Shown here: one piece after another, positions 8,178 through 21,862 of the stretch
Numbering within the stretch: the first letter of the stretch is position 1
Layout: every line of letters starts with the position of its first letter
The notes under the pieces: model-generated
Seen by the model: the letters and a program-made list of their open reading frames with translations, nothing else
What the model was told of the DNA's origin: nothing
Databases searched by the model: none
Translations under genes and position numbers: made by a program
Source: Entomortierella parvispora E1425
Lineage: Eukaryota > Fungi > Mortierellomycota
Assembly: GCA_020891255.1 (NCBI GenBank)
Contig: BQFW01000010.1
Span: 186,001 to 250,000 of the forward strand
DNA length: 64,000 bases
Reading direction: 5' to 3'

Positions 8178-10679
8178 TTAATTCTTATCTTCCACCCTTT
8201 CGATATCGCTTGCATTGCTGAGAAACCCCCAGACACCTTTACGGAGCCAAAAACTTGGACCCTCAAATGTCAAAGGAATGTCGTTTTGCAAGACGAGACC
8301 GAGCGATTCAAGCTCTTGTGCTGAACCCATGGCCCAGCAATCCACTTCCTTGAGCAAAGGCCGATGTCGAAGAGCAGAGACGCATCCGACGAGTGTGAAG
8401 CCGATAGCCTCCTTCATCCTCCAATGTGTTAAATTCGGGAAGACCGCCCCACTAAGTACCTCGACTATTTCGTCCGAGAGTACCCATCGGCCAACCATGA
8501 GCAGCCTTTGCAGAGAAGGTGCCGAAACAAGTGGCGCCTGACCCTCATGATCGACAGGATCAGAGGTACGGCAAGTCGAAGATGGCAAGAGTTCGAAATC
8601 CTGCAGAGTCAAAGCACGCTCCGTAGTGGGAACATGTCCATAGATATCAAGAGTCAGACTGACCAAGGATGGGCAGCCCGCCAACATTCGGAATTGAAAC
8701 ATGAATGCAAACTCGTCTTTCAATGATAGAGTGTGCAGCTTCGGGAGATACCAGTCCCAGGTCCAGAGTACCTGTCCATGAACGGTGGTCGACGGATCAG
8801 ATCCAGACTCAAAAGTCGAATGCAGGGTCGCTTTTTTTACGTTGTATGTTACGCCGTACTGGTGTGACAAAATCTGAAGATGGCTCGAAGGTGCCATGTT
8901 ATTGAGATAGAGCCGGAGGGTTTTCAAGTTGGGAGTGAAATACAGAGTGCCTGGGTGAAATTGCGATGCTGTTCCGCCACCGAGAGTCAAGTCCTCCAAA
9001 TTCGGCAGGGCCTCAGTAGGAATCCGGTAAGTTTTGGAGCGCTCCAGAGGAAGATGGTTGGACTCATCGATAAAGCAAAGACTTTTGATGTCTTTGCCTA
9101 AACCAAAGAGCAAATCGCGATCCATGACCAACTGAGTATAGAAGCCAACGACAGTGATATTGAGACTTTGTACTTTTGGCAGACTCCATCTTCGTCCAAA
9201 GTGAAAGTCATACCCCATGCCTGCCCTTCTTTCGAGGTTTTGGTGATCCAAGGTGACCTTCAAATTTGAGAGAGTGTCGCCAAATCCTTCCACAATATCG
9301 TTCAGCTCATCCACCTGCATCGAGAAAGACCTCATGTTGACGGTACTAACTCGCGCAGGTGGGGCAGACATAGTATCTCGCGTCCTGGCCACCTTCTGTT
9401 CAACAGCCCACCGAAAGCATCCTGGATTGGGTGAACGAATGAAGATCGTCTTCAAGCCTCGACAGCGACTCCAAAATGTTGGATCAGCAGCCAGTAAAGT
9501 TCGAAGATGTAAGTTATCGGCGAGCACTACACTGGTTACGGATCCTAGGTCTGTAAGCTTGATCTTTGTCGATAATCGATAGTAGTTCATTTCGTGGACG
9601 GATGTGAGATTGGCGAAGGGCGGAAGCACATTCTGCAGCTTATCTTGCGTCACCTTTGGGCATCGCGTTGGTGACGGCCAGGCCCAGCTGTCGGGACAGT
9701 CCACGTACTGAAGAACGTTTGGGAAGAGTTGCCCGTGCCTCTGGACAAAGAGGAGCATAGATCTGAATTGTTGATTCCGTCGGTCGCGACAGTCTGCAGA
9801 AGCTTTCGCTGTCTCTGCTGTAACGCTAGCTAGAGTCATGTTATGAACGTCCAGGTACTCGTCCATGATAAAGGTGATATATGAGAGACATGGAAATCGT
9901 TCCACCTTGCTCAGGTACTGATCCACGTCCGAGAGAGGGATTGCCAGGGTTCGAACTTTCTCAAAGGACCGAGAGCACAAGAGCCAGGTGAGCTGCCGCC
10001 TGATTGCCATTGACACAGCTCCATAGCGAAGGGTGGACACCGAGTCTCTCGAGCCGGCGCATGGACGAAAGACAAGCTTGTCGTCGTAGGCGCCATCTCC
10101 AATTCCGTAAGCGGACCCTCCAGATCTTGTTTTGAAAGCAAAGTCGGTCAAAGACTTGTTGGACCTGGTGCGTTGATGGTCAATGGTTTTGTTTTTATAA
10201 AAGGGTTTGAAAACGGCCTGTTCAAAGTAAAACACTCGGACATGGGACAAATAGTCGATCCTTTGCATTGAAGTTGTTTGGGGTGCTGGAGTGTGGTCCC
10301 CTTGTCCAAGTTGAACAGAGTCTTGCTTGGCATCTTTCAGCTGACCGTTGTTCGACTGCACGATAGTCGATCCTGTCTTCGCCGTCTCTACCGAGTCCAG
10401 ATGCACGTTGTAGGCAGCGGAAAGTAATGGACCGACATCTTCAGGAGGCAGTTGGCGGAGTATCGTCTGGAGGAGCTGTTCAAGCTTGTGAGTGGCAGAT
10501 GAATGCTGGTTCCTGGGCTGAAGGAGGCCAAGGCCGTCCTCGTACACATATGGCACGGTCGCTTCGTAAAAGAACCTATTGACTCGTAGCATATGGTTGA
10601 GAGATGAGCGGTCTCCTCGGTCCTTGAGCACGTTTAGGACGAGTTGGAGAACCTCCAGAGGAAGGTGGGATAGAGGCAT
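8178..10679 (-). CDS. F-box/LRR-like protein, subfamily A, copy 2 (833 aa, intact, intronless)
   Basis: F-box-like N-terminus MPLSHLPLEVLQLVL and LRR-like C-terminus. Near-identical blocks with 5443..7689. Confidence 0.85.
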   Translation of the reverse strand: MPLSHLPLEVLQLVLNVLKDRGDRSSLNHMLRVNRFFYEATVPYVYEDGLGLLQPRNQHSSATHKLEQLLQTILRQLPPEDVGPLLSAAYNVHLDSVETAKTGSTIVQSNNGQLKDAKQDSVQLGQGDHTPAPQTTSMQRIDYLSHVRVFYFEQAVFKPFYKNKTIDHQRTRSNKSLTDFAFKTRSGGSAYGIGDGAYDDKLVFRPCAGSRDSVSTLRYGAVSMAIRRQLTWLLCSRSFEKVRTLAIPLSDVDQYLSKVERFPCLSYITFIMDEYLDVHNMTLASVTAETAKASADCRDRRNQQFRSMLLFVQRHGQLFPNVLQYVDCPDSWAWPSPTRCPKVTQDKLQNVLPPFANLTSVHEMNYYRLSTKIKLTDLGSVTSVVLADNLHLRTLLAADPTFWSRCRGLKTIFIRSPNPGCFRWAVEQKVARTRDTMSAPPARVSTVNMRSFSMQVDELNDIVEGFGDTLSNLKVTLDHQNLERRAGMGYDFHFGRRWSLPKVQSLNITVVGFYTQLVMDRDLLFGLGKDIKSLCFIDESNHLPLERSKTYRIPTEALPNLEDLTLGGGTASQFHPGTLYFTPNLKTLRLYLNNMAPSSHLQILSHQYGVTYNVKKATLHSTFESGSDPSTTVHGQVLWTWDWYLPKLHTLSLKDEFAFMFQFRMLAGCPSLVSLTLDIYGHVPTTERALTLQDFELLPSSTCRTSDPVDHEGQAPLVSAPSLQRLLMVGRWVLSDEIVEVLSGAVFPNLTHWRMKEAIGFTLVGCVSALRHRPLLKEVDCWAMGSAQELESLGLVLQNDIPLTFEGPSFWLRKGVWGFLSNASDIERVEDKN

Positions 10680-11336
10680 GGTGGGTTACGTGGTGCAGGA
10701 GAGACAGAGAGAGATGAGAGGCAATGCATTGAGCACTGGCATGTGCTTTGTGGTCCTTGCTGGGCTGTGTCATGGTGTGTCGTGTCTGATGAATCCAGTC
10801 CTTTGTCCATCCTCGTACAAGAAATGCACATGGTCATTGGATGCATGCATGCATCCATGCAAGCAAGGGCAACAGGGCAAGGAGAGAGAGCGTGGGAGAC
10901 CTGACACACGGCTCCTGGTTTCCCCGGACGAGTCGAGTCAAAGGGACACGAGACACGAGACACGCACTTGGCTGTCAGACAGACAGACAGACTCGAGTTG
11001 CCCATCCCGGAAAGACACGGAAGTGAGTCGCTCGCTTGACGTGCGCTCTCGCCCTGACAAGAAATCCCCGCGTGCAACTGTCCAAACTCAACTCAATTCC
11101 CTGCTCCACATCGTCTTCTCCGTGCACCCAATCATCCCAGCCAGCCAGCAGTCAGCCCGCCAACCGAAACGGACAGGCGGGCGAAGGCCGATTGACCCAC
11201 CCTCCTTCTCGCTCTTTCTCACTCTCTTGTCCCTATTGCTGTCTCGAACAGGACGGGCGAAACGGGGACGGATTCAACTTTCTTTTTTCTTATTGAAGGT
11301 AAGAGATGTTGAATCGATGGTTGGTCTCTCGTCTCT

Positions 11337-11343
11337 TATAAAA
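11337..11343 (+). promoter_or_regulatory. Putative TATA box of the malate synthase gene
   Basis: TATAAAA ~180 bp upstream of ATG 11521, followed by a CT-rich leader. Confidence 0.45.
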
Positions 11344-11520
11344 GGAGTCCCTCACCAGGCCTGGGTGGATCCCAACTTTTCCTTTCTTTTCTCTTCTTCA
11401 CTCTCAACTTGAACCTCCCTTTCTTTCCCCGATCTCATCTTGTACATAACCGACCCTCCCTTGTTTCTCTTCGTATACCACTCCCCACTCTTCCCTTTAC
11501 TTTTTACATAACTCTTCACA

Positions 11521-13470
<1,950 letters not shown>

Positions 13471-13630
13471 AATCTCCAAAAAAAAAAAAAAGCTGCATTC
13501 TTCTTTATTGTACCATTCTTGTTTTCTCAAAAATATAAATATTAACACAATCATCTTCATAACAGCGTTTAATGGTGAATAGAAAATTAGAGTGAGAGTG
13601 AGAGAGTGGGAGATAGGAGAGAATCAAGTC

Positions 13631-14673
13631 TTAATGAAAGAAGGAAGATATCTGTGATTGAGGTCGACCTTGACTTGCCGTTGGCACAGGCGCTTCCGAG
13701 TCGGATGTCTTGGCTTGCACAAAGTAAAGATGCGACTCCATTCTGGACAGGTTGGCAATACTGTACTGATTTCCGCGTGGAACCACAAACTGCGCTCCTG
13801 TCGAGACCACAAACTTGCGCTCATTCACTGTTACTTGCACAATACCCTTCAGAACATAGAACAACTAAATAAAAGGGCAGAATTGAAAAAAGAAGGTTAT
13901 CAGTTGGCGTCGGAAAGAGAAGGCGTTGGTTCATATTTTCAGTATTTGAAGCAAGGGTTTACCATTGTGCATGCAGTGCCGCCAGTAGAGTTCGTCGGCT
14001 TCTCTCCTCCGCCCTTGATCTTCATGACCCCAGAAACCATGCTGCTGTCGGTATCCTCCAGTCCTCGATGAAATTGATATCCGCCACCCTCCACCTCTCT
14101 AAAGTCCATTTGACTCTTGGGCGCCGCAAGAACTAATAGTTCAAATTAGGAGTGACAATGGTTAGTTCGAAATTCATAAAGCAGCTGCGTCTAGCGACAA
14201 GAAGGGGGGGGGGGGGGGAACGCCATGAGTCAGCAACATGATGGGGGGTTTTTTTTCATACCTCGTTTCGTGATACCATTGGTCTTGTAATCAATGACCT
14301 CTATCAGTTTTGGGGTCTTATCCTCGACAAAGCCACGTCTAGCAAGGTCTCGGCGTTCCTTTTCCAGCTCGCGTTCCATTTTTTCTTCGCCCTCCTCTTC
14401 AGAGTCCTCCTCCTCCACCGTCTCCTTGGCCTTGGAGGGTCGGCTTGCTTTACCGCCACCACGTCGGCGTTTCGCCCCGAGTCGGATCGGTTCCTCAGGC
14501 GCCGCACGGATCACGGCCTTGATACTTGGGACAGGAACATGGAGATCATCGCTTGGTCCAAGAACCACTTTTTCGTTTCTCCAGAACTCTAAAGGCTGAA
14601 GTCGTGTCCGATGGCTCCTCCGCACTATGCAAGAAAACACGCGCAAAGTCAGTTCGGGATCGAGAAAGTCGTT

Positions 14674-14706
<33 letters not shown>

Positions 14707-16703
14707 AGAGCACGCGCAAACAAACAATCGTGGAAAATAACCCAACACAAAAAAAGAACAAGCACACAAAATACCCACACAACCCAAATGCGCACTTACC
14801 GCCTGGCTGATCCGCGGTTGCGTCGGGCACAACAGGGACCTCGGTCAATTGAAGTCTGTCCCCTGTATTTCTCTTCTGAGTAGCAGAGGTAGTCTTCCGC
14901 GACCGGTTGACCTTTTTAGTACTTTTGCTCCGACTCCTGTTGGGAACTTGGCCGTCTCCTCCCTCTTCATCCTCGTCCTCGGATACTACCTCATCTTCCT
15001 CCGATAGGATATCCGCATTTTTGGTAGTTTTTGCCCTAGAGGCTGCTCCTGCTGTCTTTGCTTTCGAAGGCTGCCGCTGCTGTGGTTTCTTTGTCGCCTT
15101 GGGTATATCTTTTTTGGCGCGGCTAGAGCCAGTCGCTGTCAGTTTGGACCGTGACTGGGTATCTGAATCTTCAGTACCGACAGTACGCTTCTGCTGGACA
15201 GGCACCGTCTCTTTCGTCGCTCGGTTCCTTCGAACCAAAGGCTCATCCTCCTCCTCTTCGTCTTCCTCCGCCTCCTCTTGTGCATAGCGACGAGAAAGCC
15301 GTCTGAAATCTTCCTCGTCTGAAAACTGGAATCGATCCTCGTTGGCGTCCCTCTCATCGGGTTCTTCATAGGCATTATCATATCCTTGGTCATCATCCTC
15401 GCTGTACTGCTGTACGGCTGGTCGAGATTTCGGTGCAGGGGCTGACTTTTGAGGAAGAGTGGCCGACACCATCTTTGCTCCTTGGGCCGGCTGCTTCCTC
15501 CTGAACTCTGCGGGCGTCTTAGAAGCCTCCACCGCCTTTGCTGTCTGGCCCGTCTTGGATCTGGGTGGAGGGGTGGTTGATTGGAAGATATCTTGCTCTT
15601 CGCCGTCGTCGTCACTGAAGGCGTACCGTGACTCTTGAACATCCTCAGAACGACCTCCTTGACGCGCAACAGGCGAATACTCGGCTCCAAAATCAAAGGC
15701 CTTACGCTGTCCGGTGGTTGCCCGAGATGTGGTGGAAGTGGTTGCGGCAGATACGATGGCTTTGGTGGCGGCTGCGGCAGTGTTAGTTGTCGACCTTGAC
15801 TTTGGTGCAACTGTTGGAAGCTTTCTAGTATCCCTGAAAGGAGACATCGGGCTCATAGACAAGGATGTGTTCTGTTGGATCTGTGCCTTCTTTTCCTTGG
15901 AAGCATTCAAGAGCTTATCCAGAGCGGGCGAGCGGATTGCTCCTCGGTTGGCCCCAATCCTTGAGCTGAGGCTGGAAGCAACACCGCTGTACTCGTCATG
16001 ATCGTCGTCATTGTCGTAGGCATCCTTTGTGAATACAAGTCGCTTCTTTACAGCATTAAATGAGGGCGAGGGGTAGTCTTCCATCACTGTAAAAGGTGGA
16101 TGAGAGGCGGCAATAGTTGTTAGAGTCCGATTCCATCTGACATGATCGAAAGATGTCATCCCCTCAAGGTCACTTTTGATCTCATTTTTTCATCATGCGT
16201 ACCTCTATCAGAAGGATCTGATGCTCTGTACAATGCGGCATTCTTCCCCCGTCTTGAAGTAGGAGTCGACAACAGTTCACTAGGAAGTTCCTGTTCCAGA
16301 AATGCCCTAGCAGGGGTGGAAGCGGTCCCACGGGCAAGCGATTTACTTTGGCGGGACGTTGGGGTGCTCACATAATACTCTTCCCCTCCAAGGTCGTCTT
16401 CCTCGCTAGCAGTATCTCCAAAGACCATGGTCCTTCTTCGTTCCTCTGCGCCTTCGTCCCAAAAATCATCAAAGTTGTCCAAGCCGTCGGCATCTTTTTT
16501 GACGTTTTCCTTCATCGTAATTCCAGTCCTCCTATAAAACATTCATAATCCCGGCCGGCATGACGTAGAAAAAGGAAAGGGAGAACCGTATAAACAGCAA
16601 TAGTTCGTGTTAGTGTTTGTGGTTGCAGGCGGAGTGTCTGCCATGAATAAGACTGAGGAATATACCTTCCCACGACTCCAATGTCGAAATATCTAGCCTC
16701 CAT
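13631..16703 (-). CDS. MIF2: CENP-C/Mif2 inner kinetochore protein (806 aa); exons 16703-16666, 16531-16203, 16086-14800, 14624-14262, 14132-13963, 13864-13631
   Basis: Mif2 N-terminal YFDIGVVGR|RTGITMK...GLDNFDDFW. CENP-C motif RRSHRTRLQPLEFWRNEKV (14622-14566). C-terminal cupin LFYVLKGIVQVTV...FVVPRGNQYSIAN. All five introns are GT-AG and phase-compatible; 2421 nt in total. Confidence 0.93.
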
Positions 16704-18032
16704 TGACCGGGGCCCTTCTTTCAAGTCCTAAGTCGCGTAAGAATAGTTGGATTTTCCCTGATGAGTTTTCGTTCGTGATGCATGCTCATACGTAGTCATG
16801 GCTCAGACTGCACATTAATGATGTGTACCCTATTCATGTTTGTGGTCTCTGAGGCGTTTACGGTTGGGATGAATTGTTGGTGGCTCCTGTAGCTGATTCT
16901 TTCTCCGTATCCAAGCGTTCCTGGTCCTTGGCCGGTCGATGATTCTCGCCTTGTGTTTCTGATGGAGTGAGTCGGTCAAATGACCTTGTCGCGAGCAAAC
17001 ACAGGGAGCGAAAAAAAAAGAAGAGAAAAAAAAAAACGATCACGTGAGATATTCACCCGAAAATTTCGTGTCCCAACTCCCAGAAAAAAAGCGTTGGTCT
17101 GAAGACGTTTTGAAAACGCTGAAAGGGGATAGTAAATGAAGGAAAAAGTTCCAAACAGCAATGCCAAAGACGGTGTACCAGTGCTTGATGAGTACTATCT
17201 ATTGTATTTAACGACTCTAACAACCTGAATTGTGATAGCTGAATGCAAGTGATACAGCGGTGAAAAAAAAAAAAAACTCTAGCCACTCGAGATCAACTCG
17301 TGGTAACGGCCCACACAAGACGACATCCCTGCGTAGCTGTGAAGGATGGGAGAATGACTGAAGTAAAAGCACCCTATCTCAATGTAATACAGTGTTTTTT
17401 GGAGATTCGTGCGCAACGCGTCTGAAATCAACAGATATACTTTCCTCTTGGGGCCATTTTGCCTTCCAACGACAACTCTGTATCCGAACTACTGTAGCAC
17501 CACTGGGCGTGGATTGCACTCGCGTTTTGTTTAACAAACTCGTTTGTTTGCGATACTGGTGCAACAAAACAATGCGCGATTCAAGTGGGAGAGGAGCATT
17601 AAATCCTCTCGCTGTGTTGGTGGCGTGCCATGTGACCAGGACTGCCTATCCTACCATATCTCTTCTTCAACCTACCAATCCACCTCATTCATTCCTTGAC
17701 CAATGATCTGGCTTACTATCATTCACACGATGAGGTCCACTTATTCACACATTCTGAATCTGGAATTTGACTTAAAGATCAAATGCTGATATCCAGAGAG
17801 AAATGTGGTCATGGTCAAGTGCTGCAAGATTCCCATTCATTGGAATTTTTTTTGTTGTTTTTTTTTTTGACGAAAGCAGCAGTATGCAATGTTGAACCAA
17901 GAAATTGAAGAATGTAGTTGTTCAGATCCAACTGACACTCTTTTGAGATCTGCCGTCTTTTGAGCTCAAAAGATATTCCACGTTACTCCTGCTCTTCTTC
18001 TCTTCCATCCCTCCCATCCTCAAGGATTTACA

Positions 18033-20154
18033 ATGGTCCGTCTCTTAATCTTAGCTGCCTGTGCTGCCGTCGCACTTGCGGATGGTAATACCTGATACCG
18101 CGTTGCTCGTGTGATATTACTCGTGTGATGTTCAGAAACAAAGATGTTCACTCCTCCCCCAGCAAAGTAAATCGTCGATGCTTACTCCTCTCCCCTAATT
18201 TCTCGCCACGCAACTCTGCCTTTGCATCCTCTAGTTAATTTCAATGTAATTGGGTTCCGTGGGGCCGATGTTGAGGAGTATGGAGTTATCATCAATGGAA
18301 AAGTTACAAACCTCAAAACCACCAAGGAAACCTACCCACTCTGGTCTGCGAAAGTGGCTGGCGTCAACGCCCCCCTCGAGTATCAGTACGTCCGTCTGAA
18401 CAATAAGGGTGTTGCTGGCAAAGAAGCCAAAGCTCGCAAGCTCCCTTCCGGGGCCGTGAAAACCCCCAATGAGTATTTCGATCGCCCAAACACAATCCAC
18501 ACTCTACCACCCTTGCCCCAAGTCTATGAGAACAAGTGGACCCGAAACTCGCCTTTGTTCAGGGAGGGTTACATTGGCAACCTGTTGATCGAAGGTGATC
18601 CCAAGCAGTGGAAATATCTCCACAGCGGTGGTAAAAAGTGGTGGAACCCCAAGCCAGTCAAGGTCAAAATCCATTATATTGGGTAAGAATAGCTGTCTAC
18701 TGGGATAATTACTCCTGCTTGCTGGTTCTATGGTGCACTCTGCAGGCGATAACACCCGGCATAATGGTTTATGATTTTGTAGCGCCACTGAGGATGTCAA
18801 GATCGAAGGTGTCCAACTCCAACTTTCGGGTGGTCAGACACGATCGTACTCAAAGTTACCTTACAAGTTCACATTCCCAAAAGGTCATGAACTCCTTGAT
18901 GTCGAAATGCTCAAGCTGCGAAGCGCAGAGACGGACGCTACCATGATACGCGAGAATCTCTACATTGACGTTCTCAATACCCTCGGTGTCCCCGCACCGC
19001 AGGCTTCTTACGTGCGTGTCTTCTTCAACATGGAGCCAGTCGGCTTATATGTGGCGGAAGAGATCATGAAGGAGCACTGGGTCAAAGCCGCTCTACACAC
19101 ACAAAGCCCCAGCTCGCTAAAACCTGGCTCACTTTGGAAGATGGGCGCTGACGATGGTTTCAGAGCCGATCTCCAGTGGAAAGGAAACAAAGTCACGGAC
19201 TACCAGTTTGGCAACATATACAAACAACTGTTGCTCGGCGACAACCCAAAGAAAGAACCCATGCGCGACCTGATCCAGCTCATGTTGGATGCCAAGAACT
19301 ATGACCCCAAGACAGAAAAAGATCCCGTGGGATATTGGGAGAAACGACTGGACTTGGAGATTTTCTTAAGGTCGATGGCCATGGAATACCTCGGAGGGTT
19401 CTGGGATGGTTACTGGAGATCTGGTTCCAACTATCAGATGTACCATGACCCCACGACCAAGCTCTGGACTTGGCTTCCAGTTGACTATGATGATACCTTT
19501 GGTTCATCTTACCCGCGTGATGAACTTGGACCCTACCGCAACTTACCCGTGAAAAGTCAGTCCGCACTCGTCCAAAAACTCATTCTGCAGACTCCTCAGA
19601 TCAATGCTCGATTTGAAGCCATTCTCAAGGAGACCGTCAGCTACGTATTCAAGCCCCAGGCGCTGTTGCCTCGTGTGGCCGCCTACAAAGACATGATTAT
19701 CGCCGATGTAGAGTGGGACAGAAATCTGCCCAGGTTGAACACCAACGGCGACAATGAAAAGTTCACGGTACAAGACGTCGCCTTTGGAGTCGCGGAGGGT
19801 AAGAAGGATAAAATAGGTCTTAAGGGATGGATTACAATGGCTTGTCAACAAGTTGAGAAGCAGTTCAAGTTCAAGGCTCTGGCTGGCACTCCAAACAAAG
19901 TTCCGCCTCGTGTCATGGCCCAGCTCCAGTCACCTTATGGCATTCCCGAAAAGAGCGCCGCCAAGGTCGAGGCTAAGCCTGCGTTGACTCCCAGTAATGG
20001 AGGAACAACCGTGGCTACAGATGATGCGGCAGCGGCAAAGGGCAGCAGCGACACCTCTGTTCAGGCAGAAAAAAGCGCAAACTCTGCCATGGTGTTGAAG
20101 AGCGAGTGGTCAATGATCGTAGCGACGATAGCTCTGATTGTCCTTGCCCTTTAG
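18033..20154 (+). CDS. cotH: CotH-family secreted, probably GPI-anchored atypical kinase (623 aa); exons 18033-18084, 18235-18682, 18783-20154
   Basis: Signal peptide MVRLLILAACAAVALAD. Motifs LSGGQTRSYSKLPYKF, LKLRS, YVRVFFN.EPVGLY..EE, DGYWRSGSNY and WLPVDYDDTFG. Ser/Ala-rich linker and hydrophobic C-terminal tail. Confidence 0.92.
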
Positions 20155-20455
20155 ACAGGAACGACGATAGGTAGCACATTCAAAAATACAGGTTGTTCAC
20201 AGAGATCCGCAACCGTGAGAGCAGCGAGTATATCTGCTACTCAGCTGCATAGAGAAGGGGGAGGAGGAGATCAGCAGAACTCTCAGATAGAGAGTATCCT
20301 CTTTGACAGGAAGGGTCGCAGAAAAAGCACAAACGTGTCGTCACTGCGACAAAAAAGCGGCGCGCGGGAAGCGCTTTAGTGTGCACGGCCAACTGCATCA
20401 CCCCTGTCCCTGTCCATCTGATCATTCCTCCATCCACCCGCCCATTTCTGCTTTC

Positions 20456-21862
20456 ATGGACCTACCTGAACTTCATCTCACAATCGCTCCGCATTTGGAC
20501 GTGCGCGACCTGGGCTCTTGCACTCTGGTCTGCAGGTCCTGGAACGTTTCCTTTTCACCCTTTCTCTACCACGAGATCAACGTCTGGAATTCAAAATCCC
20601 TCGGTGTTCTGCGGCATTGTGCTCATGCCCGCAACCTAGAGCTCGTAATGAGCAATCCAGTCGTCGAACATCTGTGGCCCGTCACCCGCTTGAAAGAGGT
20701 GAATATCTCAGGAAGCTGGGACCAGAGTCGCACCGTCTCTCCGGCCTGGATCGCCTTGCTGCAACAAAACCCAGGCGTGGAAAAGCTCATTGTCCAAAAG
20801 ATGCTACCCCACATCATGGAAAAGGTCGTATCTCTCTGCCCCAATATAGACGAGCTCATCATCTATCAACACCAGTTTCGCCTCGAGCTTTCGAGCGAGG
20901 ATACCTACAATAAGGGATCGTCGTTCTGGAGGACTTGTCAAGGACAAACGAAACTCAGGTTGTACTTTAATGGCTACCCAACGCCTCCTGGGCGGCTCTC
21001 GGACCCACCGCAGGAAAAATTGCCCTCGATGCGACACTTGACCATTGGCCATTCGAGATCTGCTCTCCTTGACCAGATGATACTCATTTGCGCCTGTCCC
21101 AATCTCGAAACTCTGGAATGGGACTTGTCAACAACGGACTGTGGCGTTACTGACTATCATTTGAATCTTTTCAAAAACGGGTTCAAGATGCTTCCTCACC
21201 TGCGGGAGCTTGACTTTTTTGCGCCTTCGGAGATGGTTGGCTTTGAAAGCAATTGGACACGAAGCTTGCTGGATGTCCTTCCGCCGCTGAAAGGGTTCAG
21301 AGATATTCAAAACGATCAATTTGAGCAAGGACTGGTGGAAGGACCTCTCTCAAGGCACTTTGGGACCCTGGTTAATTTAGATATTAGAGGGTGGAAAGGG
21401 GTAACGAGAGAAGGTAATCATCTCATCTTGACGTCGTGTCCTGGTTTGCGGCTATTTGAGTCCAAGGGTTATGAAATCGGCCAAATCTCTGCACTCAACG
21501 GGGTGACCTTGGCCCCTGACATGCATGTCAAGACTGGATCAGGTCCCCTAGGCTGGGTGTGCACCCACCTTTCCGAGATTGGGCTTGAGTTTGCCCACGA
21601 GACTCCCGAGAAGAGCCGACTAATGTTTGACCAGCTATGTTGCATGAGGAATCTACGGAAGGTGTTCTTGACGGGGCGCCAACCCGGACTCGTCCCCATG
21701 TACATTCGTTGGGATGATGAGACCTCAGCCAGATTCTGGGGGAATGGCATCTTGCTCAGTGAAGATCTTAGTCCGTGGATGAGGATGGTTTGGCCAAAGA
21801 TATCTAGCTTTTGCACTTACCTCGAAACAATGATCATGGCTCTTCAATTCAGAGGGGAATAA
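20456..21862 (+). CDS. F-box/LRR-like protein (468 aa, intronless)
   Basis: MDLPELHLTIAPHLDVRDLGSCTLVCRSWNVSFSPFLY. CPNLETLEW, ILTSCPGLRLF and WVCTHL repeats. Confidence 0.85.
   Translation: MDLPELHLTIAPHLDVRDLGSCTLVCRSWNVSFSPFLYHEINVWNSKSLGVLRHCAHARNLELVMSNPVVEHLWPVTRLKEVNISGSWDQSRTVSPAWIALLQQNPGVEKLIVQKMLPHIMEKVVSLCPNIDELIIYQHQFRLELSSEDTYNKGSSFWRTCQGQTKLRLYFNGYPTPPGRLSDPPQEKLPSMRHLTIGHSRSALLDQMILICACPNLETLEWDLSTTDCGVTDYHLNLFKNGFKMLPHLRELDFFAPSEMVGFESNWTRSLLDVLPPLKGFRDIQNDQFEQGLVEGPLSRHFGTLVNLDIRGWKGVTREGNHLILTSCPGLRLFESKGYEIGQISALNGVTLAPDMHVKTGSGPLGWVCTHLSEIGLEFAHETPEKSRLMFDQLCCMRNLRKVFLTGRQPGLVPMYIRWDDETSARFWGNGILLSEDLSPWMRMVWPKISSFCTYLETMIMALQFRGE

Larger units (their letters stand above)
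5092..11060. repeat. Direct tandem segmental duplication, unit ~2.97-3.0 kb (about 5092-8060 and 8061-11060)
   Basis: Both units contain the MBL 3' end, an F-box gene and ~370 bp of upstream DNA (e.g. CCTGGTTTCCCCGGACGAGTCGAGTCAAG and GACTCGAGTTGCCCATCCCGGAA in both). Offsets range from about 2966 to 2999. Confidence 0.9.

Noticed and set aside
16759-16852. C/D-box snoRNA-like TGATGA...CTGA spacing
   Set aside because: Imperfect C box, no terminal stem, and no rRNA complementarity that I could recognise.
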